From Blastocladiella emersonii ATCC 22665 (taxonomy: Eukaryota; Fungi; Blastocladiomycota): a stretch of 64,000 bases of DNA. Location: assembly GCA_025594325.1 (NCBI GenBank), contig JANHCV010000001.1, forward strand, positions 992,001-1,056,000, given 5' to 3'. Position numbers and translations under genes: made by a program. The stretch's first letter is position 1. Every line of letters begins with the position of its first letter. Shown in pieces: positions 12,539-25,746 of the stretch. Below the pieces are notes generated by a model, which saw only the letters and a list, made by a program, of their open reading frames with translations, did no database searches and had not been told where the DNA came from.

Positions 12539-13112
12539 TCAGGCGCTTGGACTCGACGGCACCGAGCCCGCGTCGCTGCTGGCCAGGTCGGCCGCGAGGG
12601 CCTCGGCGAGTCGCGAGCGCGTCGGCCGAGTCGCAGGGGCGGCAGTCGAGTGGTCGAGTACGTTCTGGATATCCTTAGTCTTGGAGCGCGAGAAGACGAG
12701 TCGGAGGTTGCCGACAGCGGGTCGCGACCTACCGTACACCAAGGGTCAGAGCCGTGGTTGCCACCCATCACGCAAACGAGCGCGAAGCGTACCGAGGCTC
12801 AGTGCGCAGCATGGCTGAGACGGGCGACATGAAGCGGTCGCTCGGGCTCGAGACGGCGCGGGCGGGATGCGCGGCGGCGAGGTGGCGGACGCGGACGGGC
12901 GACATGACCATGGACTTGGGGGCGGCGGGAGTGGGGTCGACCAGCGGGGCCACTCCACGCCGCGATGGTGTCGAGGCCGCCGAGCGAGCAGCGTCGAGAC
13001 CGAGGTGCGGACTGGGTGTCGCGAACACGGACGCTGGCGTTGTCGTCGCCGTCATGGTGCTGCGGCCGTGGTGGGCTTGCTTGGTCGGCGTGTGCGTGGT
13101 CGTCATGGTCAT
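12539..13112 (-). CDS. Spo12-family small protein, 2 exons
   Basis: SPSDRFMSPVSAML matches the Spo12 signature SP(S/T)DxxMSPxSxxL. A GTACGC...GGTAG intron joins ORF 12768..13127 to the 12539..12742 frame. Confidence 0.55.
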
Positions 13113-13476
13113 TTCGGCTTGATACATGGTTTACAGGAGAGCGCAAGGGTTTATGCGGCGCTAATTTCAACGGACGGCCGAACAAAGGGGGGAGGAAGAA
13201 GAAAAACGGACGCGACGCGTCGACCAAAAACGCGTGACCGGGGGTCGCGGTTGGCGGCGCCTGAGGTCACGCCGGGGCAGCTGATGCGCTCTCCCAGCCG
13301 CCAAGGTTGCCGCGCTCGCGACGCGCGGCTCAGGCGCACGCGGGCGACCGCCGGCCACGCACCGACGCGCCTTCCCTCCTCTCGAAGCCGCGATCGCGCC
13401 GACCAACGAAGCTTGCCACGCAGCACTCGCACTCGCCTCCGCCGATACTCCCTGCAACTTGCCCGCCGCCGCCACC

Positions 13477-14423
13477 ATGACCGAGCTCTGCCCCGGTATG
13501 CATTGCCGCGTCCCTGCCGGCCGGGCGGCGTGACCTCATGGAGCCCCGATCCCCGTCGGATGCGCGCGCGCGACCCGTGCACACGCGTCAGATCTCGGCC
13601 CACTGGTCGCCGCCGCCCTTGCGCCGTGCCCACCTCGCCTCGGACGCGTCGAGACTGACGTGTCGCCCGACCCGATCCGCTGCGTAGTCTACGCCCCCTT
13701 CTTCGGTGCCATGGGCTGCACCGCCGCCATCGTCTTCTCGTGTACGCGCTCGACCACCGCCACCACTGCCCCGTCGAGCACCTGCCAACCCCCTTTCAAC
13801 TTGGTGTAGGCTTTGGCGCCGCGTACGGCACGGCCAAGTCGGGCGTCGGTATCTCCGCCATGGGTGTCATGCGGCCCGAGGCCATCATGAAGTCGGTCAT
13901 CCCCGTCATCATGGCCGGTATCATCGGCATTTACGGTCTCGTCGTGTCGGTCCTCATCGCCGACGGATGTACGCGTTTCTCTCCCTGCTACGCCGTAGAT
14001 CGCCCGCGCTGACTCGACTCTGTTCCCCTCTATCTAGTGAAGCAGAAGATGGCCCTGTTCACGTACGTCTACTCTCTCTCGACCCGTGCGCGTCGATCGG
14101 TGACTAACCAGCTCCTCCTCGCCGCCAACAGGGGTTTCGTCCAGCTCGGTGCCGGTCTCGCTGTCGGTCTCTCGGGCCTCGCCGCTGGCTTCGCGGTCGG
14201 TATCGTCGGTGACGCTGGTGTCCGCGGCTCGGCGCAGCAGCCCCGTCTCTACGTCGGCATGATTCTCATTCTCATTTTCGCCGAAGTCCTGGGTCTCTAC
14301 GGTGCGTCGCCTGCTACTCCCCCTCCTATGGTTCAGAACTAACGGCTCTCTCCCTCCCTTGCAGGTCTCATTGTCGGCCTCATCATGAACACCAAGGCCA
14401 ACGCCGACGTGGTGTGCGCCTAA
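13477..14423 (+). CDS. VMA3: V-type H+-ATPase 16-kDa proteolipid subunit c, 6 exons including 19-nt and 25-nt micro-exons
   Basis: Spliced product [24 protein letters not shown]...[44 protein letters not shown]...[71 protein letters not shown]. Confidence 0.95.
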
Positions 14424-14739
14424 GCAACGTCCGCCACGGCATCGGCGGCGAGTTCCGCGTCCCGGCCTGGCGCCGTGGGCCGGCACCTCGTCGCCACCGA
14501 CCACCGATCACCACCCTCGCTCCTCCTCCACCTCCACCCCACCCCCTCAGTCGCGGATGTGTGATGACCATTTTTCGTTGTTCTTAATTCCCATTGTTTT
14601 CCTGCCGACCCTTCTCCCTGCTCTCGCGATTGTCATGCCGCTCCGCCACCACGTGGCGCGAGGCGCCGAGTGCGAGACAAGTTCCTCTCGCGATCATCGC
14701 TCTGTCTCCCCGCTGCTGCCCTGAAGCCCGCAGACCACA

Positions 14740-17102
14740 ATGTTGCGAGCCGCCGCTGGCCGCCTCACTTGCGGCAACGGGCCCGCTCCCCTGCAATGTA
14801 TCGCCGCGCGGCAACAACCATGGAAATCGAAGAACTCTCTTGCTCTTGTCGCCCGGGTCGCTGTCGTCAGTCGACCAAGGCGGGGCATGTCCACCGTCAA
14901 CGACCAGCCCGATGTGTGTACCTCTCAGTACTCGGCGCTACATTGATTGATTGAGCGAGATGGGCTGACCCTGCGGTACCGCGTAGCTCGCCAGCTACCC
15001 GCCTGAGCGGATTCGCAACTTTTCCATCATTGCCCACATCGGTGCGTCTTGCACGATCCCCTCGGTCGCTCGCCCTTGCGCTTACGACCGACTTTTTGCC
15101 GTTAGACCACGGCAAGAGCACCCTGGCCGACCGCCTGCTCGAGCTCACGGGGACCATCCGCAAGGACCGCGTCAACAAGCAGGTCCTCGACAAGCTCAAG
15201 GTCGAGCGCGAGCGCGGGATCACCGTCAAGGCGCAGGTACGGATAGCTGCTTTGGGGATCCGGTGGTCGTTTGCTGACGCTGCGCGTGGCGACACAGACC
15301 GTGACCATGTTCCACACGTACAAGGGCGAGCGATACATGCTCAACCTCATCGACACCCCCGGCCACGTCGACTTTTCGTACGAGGGTGCGTGCACACCGG
15401 ACCACCATCGCTGCCGCCCTCCATCCCTAACCTCCCCGCCCCGCGTCCAGTCTCGCGCTCGCTATCCGCGTGCCAGGGCGCGCTCCTCCTCGTCGACGTG
15501 TGCCAGGGCATCCAGGCGCAGACCGTCGCCAACTTCTATCTGGCGTTCGGCCAGGACCTCGAGATTGTGCCGGTGCTGAACAAGATCGACTTGCCCGCGG
15601 CGGACCCCGTGCGCATCAAGCAGCAGATCGAGACGGCCTTTGAGCTGCCCACCGACGACATTTTGCAGATCAGCGGCAAGACGGGTATCAACTGCGAGGC
15701 GGTGCTCGACGCGGTCGTCGAGAAGATCCCCGCACCGCCACCGGCCGAGGGCCAGGTGCCCGTCAAGGCGCTCCTGTTCGACAGCTGGTTCGACGTGTAC
15801 CGCGGCGTCATCTGCCTGTTCAAGGTGCTCGACGGGAAGATCACCAAGGGTACGATGTTGCGCTCGAGTCGTTGCTCCGCGCGCAAACTCACCGCCCCGC
15901 TCGTAGGCGACAAGCTCGTGTCGTGCCACTCGAACCGGCGGTACGACGTGGTCGACGTCGGGATCATGTACCCGGAGCAGACGTCGACGGGCGTGCTGTA
16001 CTCGGGCCAGGTCGGCTACGTGATCCTGGGGATGAAGAGCACGTCCGAGGCGCACGTCGGCGACACCTTCTACCTGCAGCACCACAAGGTGGAGCCCCTG
16101 CCGGGCTTCCAGCCCGCGAAACCCATGGTCTTCTCGGGCGTGTTCCCCGTGTCGGCCGACGAGTTCGGCAAGCTCGACGACGCCATCTCCAAGCTCGTCA
16201 TCAACGACGCGTCCGTGACGGTGCACAAGGAGACGTCGTCGTCGCTCGGCCAGGGGTTCCGGCTCGGGTTCCTCGGCACCCTGCACATGGACGTGTTCCG
16301 CCAGCGCCTCGAGGAGGAGTACCAGGCCAACGTCATCTGCACCGCGCCCACGGTCCCGTTCCGCATCGTGTACCGCGACCACTCCGTCCACGTTTTGCGG
16401 AATCCGAGCGAGTTCCCCGAGGGCGCCGAAATGGCCAAGGTCGCCAGCGTCGAGGAGCCCATGATCAACGCCACCATCATCACCCCCGACGAGTACATGG
16501 GCCGCATTCTCGAGCTGTGCAACGTACGTTCGAGTGCTCCGTGCCGCTCGCTGTGCGGAACTGACACCCGCCGTTTCTAGGAGCGCCGAGGGTACCAGCG
16601 CGAGGTGACGTACATTGACGACAAGCGGGTGATGCTCAAGTACTCGCTGCCGATGATGGAGGTGGTCAGCGACTTCTACGACCGCCTCAAGTCGCTGTCG
16701 TCGGGCTTCGCGAGTTTCGACTACGAGGAGGCCGGGTACGAGCCGGCGGACCTGGTCAAGCTCAACATCCTGCTGAACGGCAAGCCCGTGGACGCGCTGG
16801 CGTCGATCCGGCACCGCGCGTCGGTCGAGCAGGTGGCGCGCGAGACCACGGCCAAGCTCAAGGGCGTGCTCACGAAACAGCTGTACGAGATCGTGATCCA
16901 GGGCGCCGTTGGCGGCAAGATCTTCGCGCGCGAGTCCATCTCGGCCATGCGCAAGAACGTCACGGCCAAGTGCTACGGCGGCGACGCCACGCGCAAGATG
17001 AAGCTCCTCGCCAAGCAGAAGGAGGGCAAGAAGCGCATGAAAATGGTCGGCAACGTCGAGATCTCGCAGGAGGCGTTCCTCACCATGATGCGCAAGGGGT
17101 GA
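14740..17102 (+). CDS. GUF1: Mitochondrial translation factor GUF1 (EF-4/LepA), multi-exon
   Basis: Presequence; [10 protein letters not shown]|[12 protein letters not shown]; [17 protein letters not shown]; [15 protein letters not shown]; LNKID; [15 protein letters not shown]; [31 protein letters not shown]. Confidence 0.95.
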
Positions 17103-17171
17103 ACGAGGGATAGAGGTATGCGTGCTAGGAATGCAAATTACGATCATAGTTTTCATTGTACGTGTAACGCT

Positions 17172-20100
17172 TCAAGATACGGGCGTCAGCACGCCGATCC
17201 CGAGCCACACGGCGTGCGCGCCGAGCGGGTACAGGTGCGACGTGATGGCCAGCCCGAACGCGCACCCCGGCGCGCTGCATTCGACATATCCGCACTTGAC
17301 TATACACGCGCAGGGTTAGCATCGAGAAGATCATGGCCACGGTGACAGCGGCGACAAGCGTACCCAGGTGATGGAGGATGCTGATGGCCGGGACGCGGCC
17401 ATGGAACCGAATGAACCGGTAGTGCAGCGTGGTCTGTGCCGGGATCAGGTCGGCGGGCGGCGGGTCGAGGACGGGCTGCTGCGCGGTCTGCGCGCGCATG
17501 CGGTACACTTCGGCGCGCTGCACCTCGGCCAGCGTCGCCTGCAGCCACTTGGACAGCGGGCGGTGGAACATGGTGGTCATGAGCAGGTGGGTCTTGCGGT
17601 AGGCCTTGACGAGGTGCGCGACCTGGCGGAGCAGGTTGGCGTCGTTGAGGCCAAACGTCAGCGACACATCGTAGATGGCGGTCGGGATCGCGTAGAAGCT
17701 GCGCATCGTGTCAGCGAACTCGGCGACGTGCGACTGCGTGACGAACGGCAGCCACGCGGTGGCCGCGTTGAGGTCCCAGTTGAACGACGGGCGCACCACG
17801 CTGTCGGAGCTCTGCACGTTGAGCCACACGTTGCTCTGGTTGACGAGGCTGAAGAGCCGCTCGAACGAGAACCCAGCCTCGTGCGGCGACGACCAGCTGT
17901 TGCCCGACACCAGGTCCCAGTGCTTGACCTCGAGCTTGGCGTTCCCCGCCGTGATCTCGTCGAGCTTCCCGCGCCACAGGAACAGGTCGCGGTCGAGCCC
18001 GCCCGACGACGACATGCGGCGGACGTACAGCGGCGGTGGGACCGGGTCGTGTGCGGGCTCGCCCGGGTAGTGCGGCTGGCGGTCCATGGTCACGACCCAG
18101 ACGTGGTGTTTCCCCTGGGCGTTGCCGATGGCGACGAACGCGTCGGACCCCATGCCGAGGAACAGTGAGCACAGCAGGATCGCGTGGTCCATGAGACTGC
18201 CGAACCCGCGCGCCACGACCGTCGCGGGCGTCGCGATCTGCGTGAACCGCGACTCGGCGCAGATCACGGGCTCGAGGAACGCGTCCGACAGCGGCTGCGT
18301 CGAGTGGTGCAGCCGGTTCGCGATCGTCGTCGACAGCTTGGACAGCTGCCGGTGCGTCGCGTCCGAGAACCCCGTCCACGCCGAGTACAGCGGGATCCGC
18401 GACACGCAGTGCGCCAGCTCGTGCCGCGTGTACCGCGTCGACCCGAACTGGATCGGCATGATGAAGGATGTCAGTGGCCGGAACGTGTTGGTCTCGTCGA
18501 GCCCGAGAATCGCAAAGTCGCGCCGCGGGAACAGCTGAACCGTCGACTCGAGCATGGCCACGTAGTAGTTCCAGAAGTTGTTCTACATCATCAGAGGTTA
18601 GTGACAGCGGCGGGGGCAACGGGCCGAGGCGGAGCCGTACCATGGACGTTTGCTGCTCCATGGACCGCAGGTACTCCTTGATGTGGCCCTCCTCGTCCTC
18701 GTCGTCAATCTCCTCGTCTTCGTCGAGGTTATTGAGCGACGCGGGCTTGCGGCTCGCGGGCGCGGCCTAAAGGAACGCTCGTGAGCTCACAGCCCGCCAT
18801 GACCAAGGATCGAGCGTACCTGCTGCGGTGAGAGGTCCTTTTTCATCTTCTCGGGGAACTTGCGCAGCCAGACCTGCTCGGTGCGCGGGCAGACGTCGAG
18901 GACCTTGGCGAAGGCTCCGCGCTCCTGGGTGCGGTCAGTCGCGTGGAGATGGAGGATGACGCGGCGGTCGATCCCGTCGGTACACCGCATCGGGACAGCG
19001 AGCTCGAACGGCTTCTTGACCGTGAGCAGGACGCGCATCAACGGAATCCGCCCGCGCGCGAGCACCTCGCCGTGCGACAGCGTGCCCATGTTGTCAAAGT
19101 CGAGCAGCTCGATGGCAATGTCGTGGCACTCGACCCAGTGCACCACGTCATGGATCTCGCCCGGCGGGATCACCAGGTTGTAGACGAGTTCCTGGTCCCA
19201 CGCCGGGTTCAGCGTGCCCAAGATCGCGGTCGTCTGCTGCGTCATGCCGGCCAGCGTCACGCGCACGAACGGGTCGAGCGTCGCGTACTCGATGCCGCGG
19301 CCGGGGCGGAACTTGCACCGCGCGAGCGGCGCGAGCCCGCGCGCCTCGACGACGCGCACCGCGATGAGCCGCTGCAGGAACGCAAAGTCGGTGACGAGCC
19401 CCGAGTCGCTCATGCTGCGGACCATCGAGTCGTTGGGCGTCCACAGGCACTCGGGGTCGTCGAGGTTGAGGAAGGTCAGGAAGTCGGTCTCGGACTGCGC
19501 GCGCCGCAGCGCCGCGATGACGAACGACAGGTTGCTGTTGGTCTCGAGCTGGAACCCGAGCGAGGCGGCGAGCTCGCGGATCTGGTTCTGCTGCTGCGCG
19601 GTACCGTTGCTGTTGAGCATCACGGCGCGGAACGAGAAGAGCTTGCGCGCCGACTCACGCTTGAGCTCGAGCGTCACGTTGTAGTCGGCGAGGAACTCGA
19701 CAAAGTCGTCAAAGTCCATGGTCCCCGTGCACGACGAGTCGTAGCGGTACATGATGGAGCGCGTCACGTCGTTTGACAGTGGCGGGCCGAACCTTGGCTA
19801 GGAGGGGCTCAAGGGTTAGTGCTCGCGGGACCGCGGCATGATACCAAGCGAAAGTACTATGAGCGACTGCAGCTCGCGGACCGTGAGCCGGTAGTTGGCC
19901 TTGATGGCGGGATCGTCGGCGGGCGTGGTCTCGACGTTCTGGCGGATCGCCTGCTTGACCTGGGTCTGGAGCGAGAGGCCCGAGAGCGCGGATGGACTCG
20001 TGTTTGGCGGGAGCATCTGCTGCTGCTGTTGCCGCTGCGCCTGCGCCTCGTGGACCGAGCCGGACCCGGACACCTGCGATCGCTCGCTGACGACGGACCG

Positions 20101-20226
20101 CGACTGGCGGAGCACGGGCGTGCCGGCGGTCTGGTGCGCGCGCTCCGCCTCGACAATGGCGTCTTCTGCATGTTGCGCAAAGATGAAGCGGTAGCGGCGC
20201 AGCTGGTACTCCGTAAAGGACTCCAT
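17172..20226 (-). CDS. CEP76/CC2D2A-family centriole/transition-zone protein (EF-hand, C2, inactive transglutaminase-like and C-terminal domains), multi-exon
   Basis: EF-hand DSSCTGTMDFDDF. C2 VRVVEARGL...DPFVRVTLAG...TLNPAWDQEL. FPRRDFAILGLDETNTFRPLTSFI. GSLMDHAILLCSLFLGMGSDAFVAIG...HVWVVT. Last exon CAFGLAITSHLYPLGAHAVWLGIGVL, TGA at 17172. Confidence 0.7.
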
Positions 20227-20505
20227 GGTGGTGCGGGGTGCGCGGTTCTCAGCAATCAGAACTGCTGGTTCGTCGCGCGGTCGTCGTAAGCTTCATGAAG
20301 TCGTTATACAAACACGAGAGAGAGTTTGCAGCGACCCATTGCCCGAATCAGGCAGGGCCCGGCACGGCCAGACCGCGGCCGACGGCGGGCGCGCGCGCAA
20401 AACGCGTCTCGCGTCACGCCACATCAGGCCGCACGTGGTGTCTCGCACTTTCTTGCCGGCCGATCGCACTCGTCTCCGCCCCCTTTCACCTGGCCCCATG
20501 GAACA

Positions 20506-22411
20506 ATGCGCCTCACCGACCATGTAGACTACTTATCGCAAAAGCTTGGCTCGCCATGGTAATGCGGGACCCGCGACTTGGACAAGGTCAAAATGACTCA
20601 CCTCGCTTCCACCGTTGCAGGAGCTGGACGGTCGAGACGCTCGTACAGGTCCTCGGGCGCTACCCGCTCGTGACGGTGTCGATGCTCTACGCCGAGATTG
20701 ATGCCCAGTGGCACCGCGCCGTCACGGACACGTCCAAGGAGATGACGCTGCGGCAGGCCTTCACGCTCGGCTCGCGCGAGGACGCGAGCCCCGTGCTGCA
20801 CGCCATGACGCTGGCGTGGAACATGCACACGAGCGTCCTCACCATCCAGCAGGACGAGGTGACGTGCCCGCTGTTCACGCTGCCGCACCAGCAGTTTGCG
20901 ATCAACGCGCTCGAGTCCAACGTACGGGGTTACCGCGAGAGCTGGTTGAAACATCGTGGGACTGACGCTCTACTGTGTAGCTCTACGGCATCTCGTTTGT
21001 CCCGAGCGAAGCATCGCACCTCCCGCAGTACCTGTTCCCGACCACGTTCCTGCTCTTCCACGCCCGCAGCTGCCCGGAAACGCTGACGGCGCACATGAAA
21101 TGGGTCGCCGTCGAGAAGGTCGAGGTCGACTCGCGCCGCGCCACGCTGTACGTGCGGCCCGTGGTCAAGGGCGCGCACTCGATCCAAAAGATCACGCTGC
21201 GGCAAGAGTACGCCCAGTGGCGCAAATTGCTGCAGCCGGTACACGAGCATCCCTCTTCAATCCCGCCACATCAGCTCACTTAGCGAGACCGTGTAGGGCA
21301 AACGCTACGGCATCTTCGCCCTCCGCGAATCGCGGGGCTCGAACGACGAGCCGCTGCACGAGTTTGGGCCCGACACCATGTGCTTCTACACGGAGCCGCT
21401 GCCGAGCACCGTGACCATGGGCCGGTCGAACCGCGCGTCCATGAAGCTCGCGATGCGCACCGGGGCCGAGGGCCGCATGACGATCGGCCAGCTCGCGGCC
21501 GAGATGCGCAACGTCACGCTGCTCGCGACCATCTTTGCGCGGTCCGGCAACGTATGGCATCGGATACGAATCCTGCGCACGAAATCACTCACCGAACCCG
21601 ATCGACGTGTAGCGGCCGCAACTCACCATGGGCAAGCTCGAGCACCGCGTCGCGCTGCGGGTACTCGACCACGTCGGCGGGACCATTGACATCACCGTGT
21701 GGGGCGATGTGGCCAAGCGCGCGCTCGGGCTCAACGCCGGCCAGATGGTCCTGTTCACGAACCTGACGTGCACGGGGCCCAAGAACGGGAAGCCCTTCTT
21801 CGTCAACGCATCGCCCTCGAACGGCGCCGATTTCGTTGTGGTGTTCACGCTCCCGGCCATCCTGCGGTCCGTGTGCCTGCACCCGACGGCGCCCGTCACG
21901 CTCGGCACCCTCGCGAGTCCCGGGATCAACGTGGTGCTCCGGGTCCAGATCGCGGGCGCGGCGGGGGCGCCGTTTGTCCAGCTCTCGCGTACATACGCGC
22001 TTTCCCCTCACCTCTCGCGCGCGAGCGCCGCACTCACTCGCCCTCGTACTTGTAGACCGGCTGTGCGGCAACCCGATCCAGCGGCGCGAGACGTGGGACT
22101 GCGAGCACTGCCAGTCGCGCGACATTGCGGGCGACCCCAAGGCCGCCGCCAACATGTACACGATCCAGTGGACGCTGACGGATGCGACGGGCCAGCGGCT
22201 CGAGTGCACGGCCGTCGACGCGGCGGCTACCGACATCGTCGGCATGTCGGGCAACGAGTTTGGCCGCATGTCCGAGGCGCGGCGGCAGATGCACCTCGAG
22301 TCGCTGCATGGCACCGAGTTCGCCGTCGTCCTCGTGCCCGTCCGCCGCGGCACCGAGGAGCGGTTCCGGATCGATCTCGCGGTGCGGAGGAGCGAGAATC
22401 TCGGGTTCTGA
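20506..22411 (+). CDS. Multi-OB-fold ssDNA-binding protein with an RPA70C-like Zn ribbon, resembling the CDC24_OB1-3 family
   Basis: OB strands LRVLDHVGGTIDITVWGDVAKRALGLNAGQMVLFTNL. C-terminal RLCGNP...WDCEHC...WTLTDATGQ...DIVGMSGNEF...ESLHGTEFAVVL. Several GT-AG introns. Confidence 0.6.
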
Positions 22412-22634
22412 TTGTGATTGCGTGTGTACATGTACTCTTCGGTTGCGTGCGTCCTCGAGTGATGGGGTCGGTGATCGGCGAGGGAGGCGGCGGAGAACGC
22501 GCCCGAACTTGTGGCGCGGAGCGCACGTGAAGCTTGCAGCGCCGCTGAGTTGGGCGTTCGACCTCGCCGGCCTCGCTGCTTGCAATGGAGCTGCTGCCTC
22601 TCCCTCTCGAGCTTGAACCACGAACAACCCAACC

Positions 22635-24036
22635 ATGCTCTCAGACTCTGCAATGCACCCCGCGGCTCCCGGCAAGCCCGCGCCCGCGAAGCCGCCCGCC
22701 GATCCCGCGCGCCCGCGCGACGTCGAGGCCCCCATTGCCTCTCTCGGCGAGGCTCTGCACGCGAGCTGGCGTCCCGAAACTGCGTCAATCGGGGACATTG
22801 ACTCAGTTCTCTGCGACGTCGAGGCGCAGTACACCGCCATCGTATCCGCCGCCGCGGCGGTGCGCATCCCCGGCGACCGGATCCGCTGGGTGCGCCCGGG
22901 CGACCGCGACTACGCCGCGACCCCGCTCGCGCTGTCGCTGCAGTCGGAGAAGGCTAAGGGGTCGCACCTTGCGCTGCTGGATGCGTGGGACCAGGGGATC
23001 GGCGTCGAGGACGAGGAGAGTGGTAGTGCTGAGCCATCGGTCGGCGGGCACGAGCGCGCGCTCGCGGCCATCCGCACGCTCCCGGTCCTCCGCGCCGAGG
23101 CGTGGCCGTGGCTCATGGCTGTGATTCGTCGCGCTGAGCGCGCGATCGCACGGGGTGTCGGTACGCTCGCTGCGTTGGAGTTGGGCAGGACCGCGGCTGA
23201 CCCGCATTACGCTCGTGTAGACCAAGGCCTCGACGAGGACGACCCGGTGATGCAGCAGTGGGACGAAAACACAACGCGCGTGTCGCACCTCGTCGCCAAC
23301 CTGTCAGGCCCCGCGTCGGCGGGCGACCTCGACCGCCAGTGGCAGTTTGACCACCTCCGCATCACGACCCACGAGACGTCGCTCGCGGCCGCGGATCTCG
23401 GCGGTACCTCGTGGGGCGCCGGTATCGTTCTCGCGTCGTACGTTCTCGATTCGCCGAGGGATGCGGCCTGTACTGACCCTCCGGAACGGTAGCCTCATTG
23501 ACCGCCAGCTCCTCGCCATCCCCGATGCCGCGACGTCGATCCTCGAGCTGGGCTCCGGTACCGGCCTCGGCGGGCTCGCCGCGTCGATGCAGTACCTGGG
23601 CCGCACCGTGACGCTGACCGACTACCACCCGGGCGTGCTGGCGACGCTGGGCGCGAACGCGGCGCTCAACGGGTGCACGAACGTGGTTCTGCGGCAGCTC
23701 GACTGGCGGTGGTTCATTGAGCCCGAAGTCCCCGCGGACGCCGCGACGCCGGTCCTTCCGCGCGCCGAGCTGGTCGCGGCGTTCCACGCGCCCGACGTGC
23801 TGATCGCGGCCGACGTCGTGTACGAGACGCGGTCCGTCGAGTACCTCGCGGCGACGCTCGCTGCCGTCGCGGCGAAACGGGTCTACATCGTGCTCCCGAT
23901 GCGCCCGCGGTACCACGGCGACGTGACCCTGTTCGAGACCCACGTCGCGCCGCGGTTCTGCCCGCACCAGCGCGTCATCGAGTACCGCGGCGCTTACTAC
24001 AAGCTGTACGCGAGCCACGGCGAGATGGGGGCATAG
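22635..24036 (+). CDS. Protein-lysine N-methyltransferase, Methyltransf_16 family (Efm2/METTL21-like), 2 exons
   Basis: DLGGTSWGAGIVLA; ILELGSGTGLGGL; TLTDYHPGVLATLGANAALN; LDW; DVLIAADVVYE. Confidence 0.85.
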
Positions 24037-24092
24037 CAGAGGGGAGTGTGCAATGTAGTACGATTTTGATTGATGCAAAGAGTGGGATGGGG

Positions 24093-25746
24093 TTATGAGA
24101 TGGTCTGGCGCCGGTTCTCGGGGACCTTGATGGACGGCGGGCCCGCCGCGCTCGACCGCGCGTGGTCGACGAGCATCGCGTCCTCGGGGATGCCAGGGAG
24201 CCGAGCCGAGTCGCTCGCTGTGGTGGGCTGACAGGCGCGAGCGCGGCCGATGGCGACCATGGCCTCGATCCCGCCCCACGTCTGCCGGCGGCGCGCCTCG
24301 GTGACCTCCTCGGCCGCACCACCACCACCCGCCGCCGCAGTTGCACCCGTTGCAGCGCTCGCACCAGCGCCCGCCTCGGCCCCAATCACAGCAGCACCGC
24401 CGAACTTGGCGCCGGCCTGGTACCACTTGAGCAGCGCCTCGGCCGACTCGGCGCGTCGGCGCCACTGCCCGGTGGCCTTCTGCGCAATGAGCGTCTTGGC
24501 GACGGCGGCGCGCACGCCGCGGCGGCACTCGGCCTCCATGACGGCGATGGTCTCCTCGAGCAGCGCGCGCCACTCGGCGTCGGCGGCGCGGATCCGCGTG
24601 TCGGCGGCGGCCTCGAGCCCGCGCTCGCGCTCGGCCGCCGCGACGGAAGACGTCTCGAGCTCGGCGCGCAAAAGCGCGATGTCGCGCGCGGTGCGCAGGC
24701 GCAGGTCGCGTTCGGCGGCGAGCGCGGTTTCGAGGGCGAGCAGGGCGGTGGTGGACGGTGAATCGGCGGTGGTGGGGTCGGTGAGCGTGTCGAATGCAAT
24801 GGGGAGCGGGGGCTCCCACTGGACGGCCTGGTCGATGCGCGATGAAGTGAAGCGCGCGGGGGCAGCGCGACGCGTTGCGGCGAGCTCGGAGCGCACGGCG
24901 CCGAGCTGGGCCTGCAGGTTGCCGATGGTGGCGCGCAGGCTGGCCTCGGCGATCTGGTGCGCGAGCGGGGTGGGCGGGAGGAGGCACGGCGAGTTGGCAA
25001 TGGCCGAGGCCTCGGCAGCAGGTGGAAGCGGGGTCGAGAGGACGGTGGTGTTGCTGCCGAGTGTGCGCGCGGGAGTGGGCTTGGAGACGCGCGAGGGTGG
25101 ACGGGAGGTAGTTGGACGAGACTTTGTCGCGGAGGAGGAGGGTCGGGCGAGCGTCGAGGAGGACCGAGAGGATACCGGTGCCGTTTTGGGCTGGACGAGG
25201 CGGCTGGACGGGGTCGCGGCCTGCTTGATGGCCTTGGCCGCCGTCGCCGAGGTCGCGACCTTCTTTGGTGGAGCCAGCTTGCGGATCGTGTTGGGCGACT
25301 ACGCGGGTTGAGTGTGAGGTGAGCGAAGTCACGGACCGGGATGCGCTGGACGCGTACCTGGACCCTGCGCAGCGACTGCGCCGTCCCGATGGTCGAACCG
25401 GCAGGTCTCTTCATGCCGAGCGACGAACCGAACGGTGGCCGCGTCGTAGACCCCGCGGCCTTGGCTTTGGGCCGGTCCGGGATGAGGGCGGGCGATGGCG
25501 GCTAGACCCGAGCTGAGATTAGTGCTCAGCATGGCTCATACGAATAGCTAGCCTGCAGCCACACACCCGGTTGGTGGTCACCTTGGCCTGGACGTGGCTG
25601 TAGAGCTTGGACTTGACGGCAGCCTTGGTGGCCGGCCGCGGCCGCGATGGAGGCGCAGCGGGCGCCTTGCCGGCCGATCGCAGCGACACGGCGCGCCGCG
25701 GCGGGCCCGCCGCGTTCTCTTTCAGTTTTGCAGGTGGTAGTTTCAT
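24093..25746 (-). CDS. Hypothetical protein with basic low-complexity N-terminus and coiled coils, 3 exons
   Basis: ATG 25746 MKLPPAKLKENAAG. Introns GTGTGT...CTCAG and GTACGC...GCGTAG join it to the frame of ORF 24093..24896. Heptad-like AERDLRLRTARDIALLRAELE. Confidence 0.55.

Noticed and set aside
14740-17102. Bacterial lepA acquired by horizontal transfer
   Set aside because: Multiple spliceosomal introns and a mitochondrial presequence identify it as ordinary nuclear GUF1.
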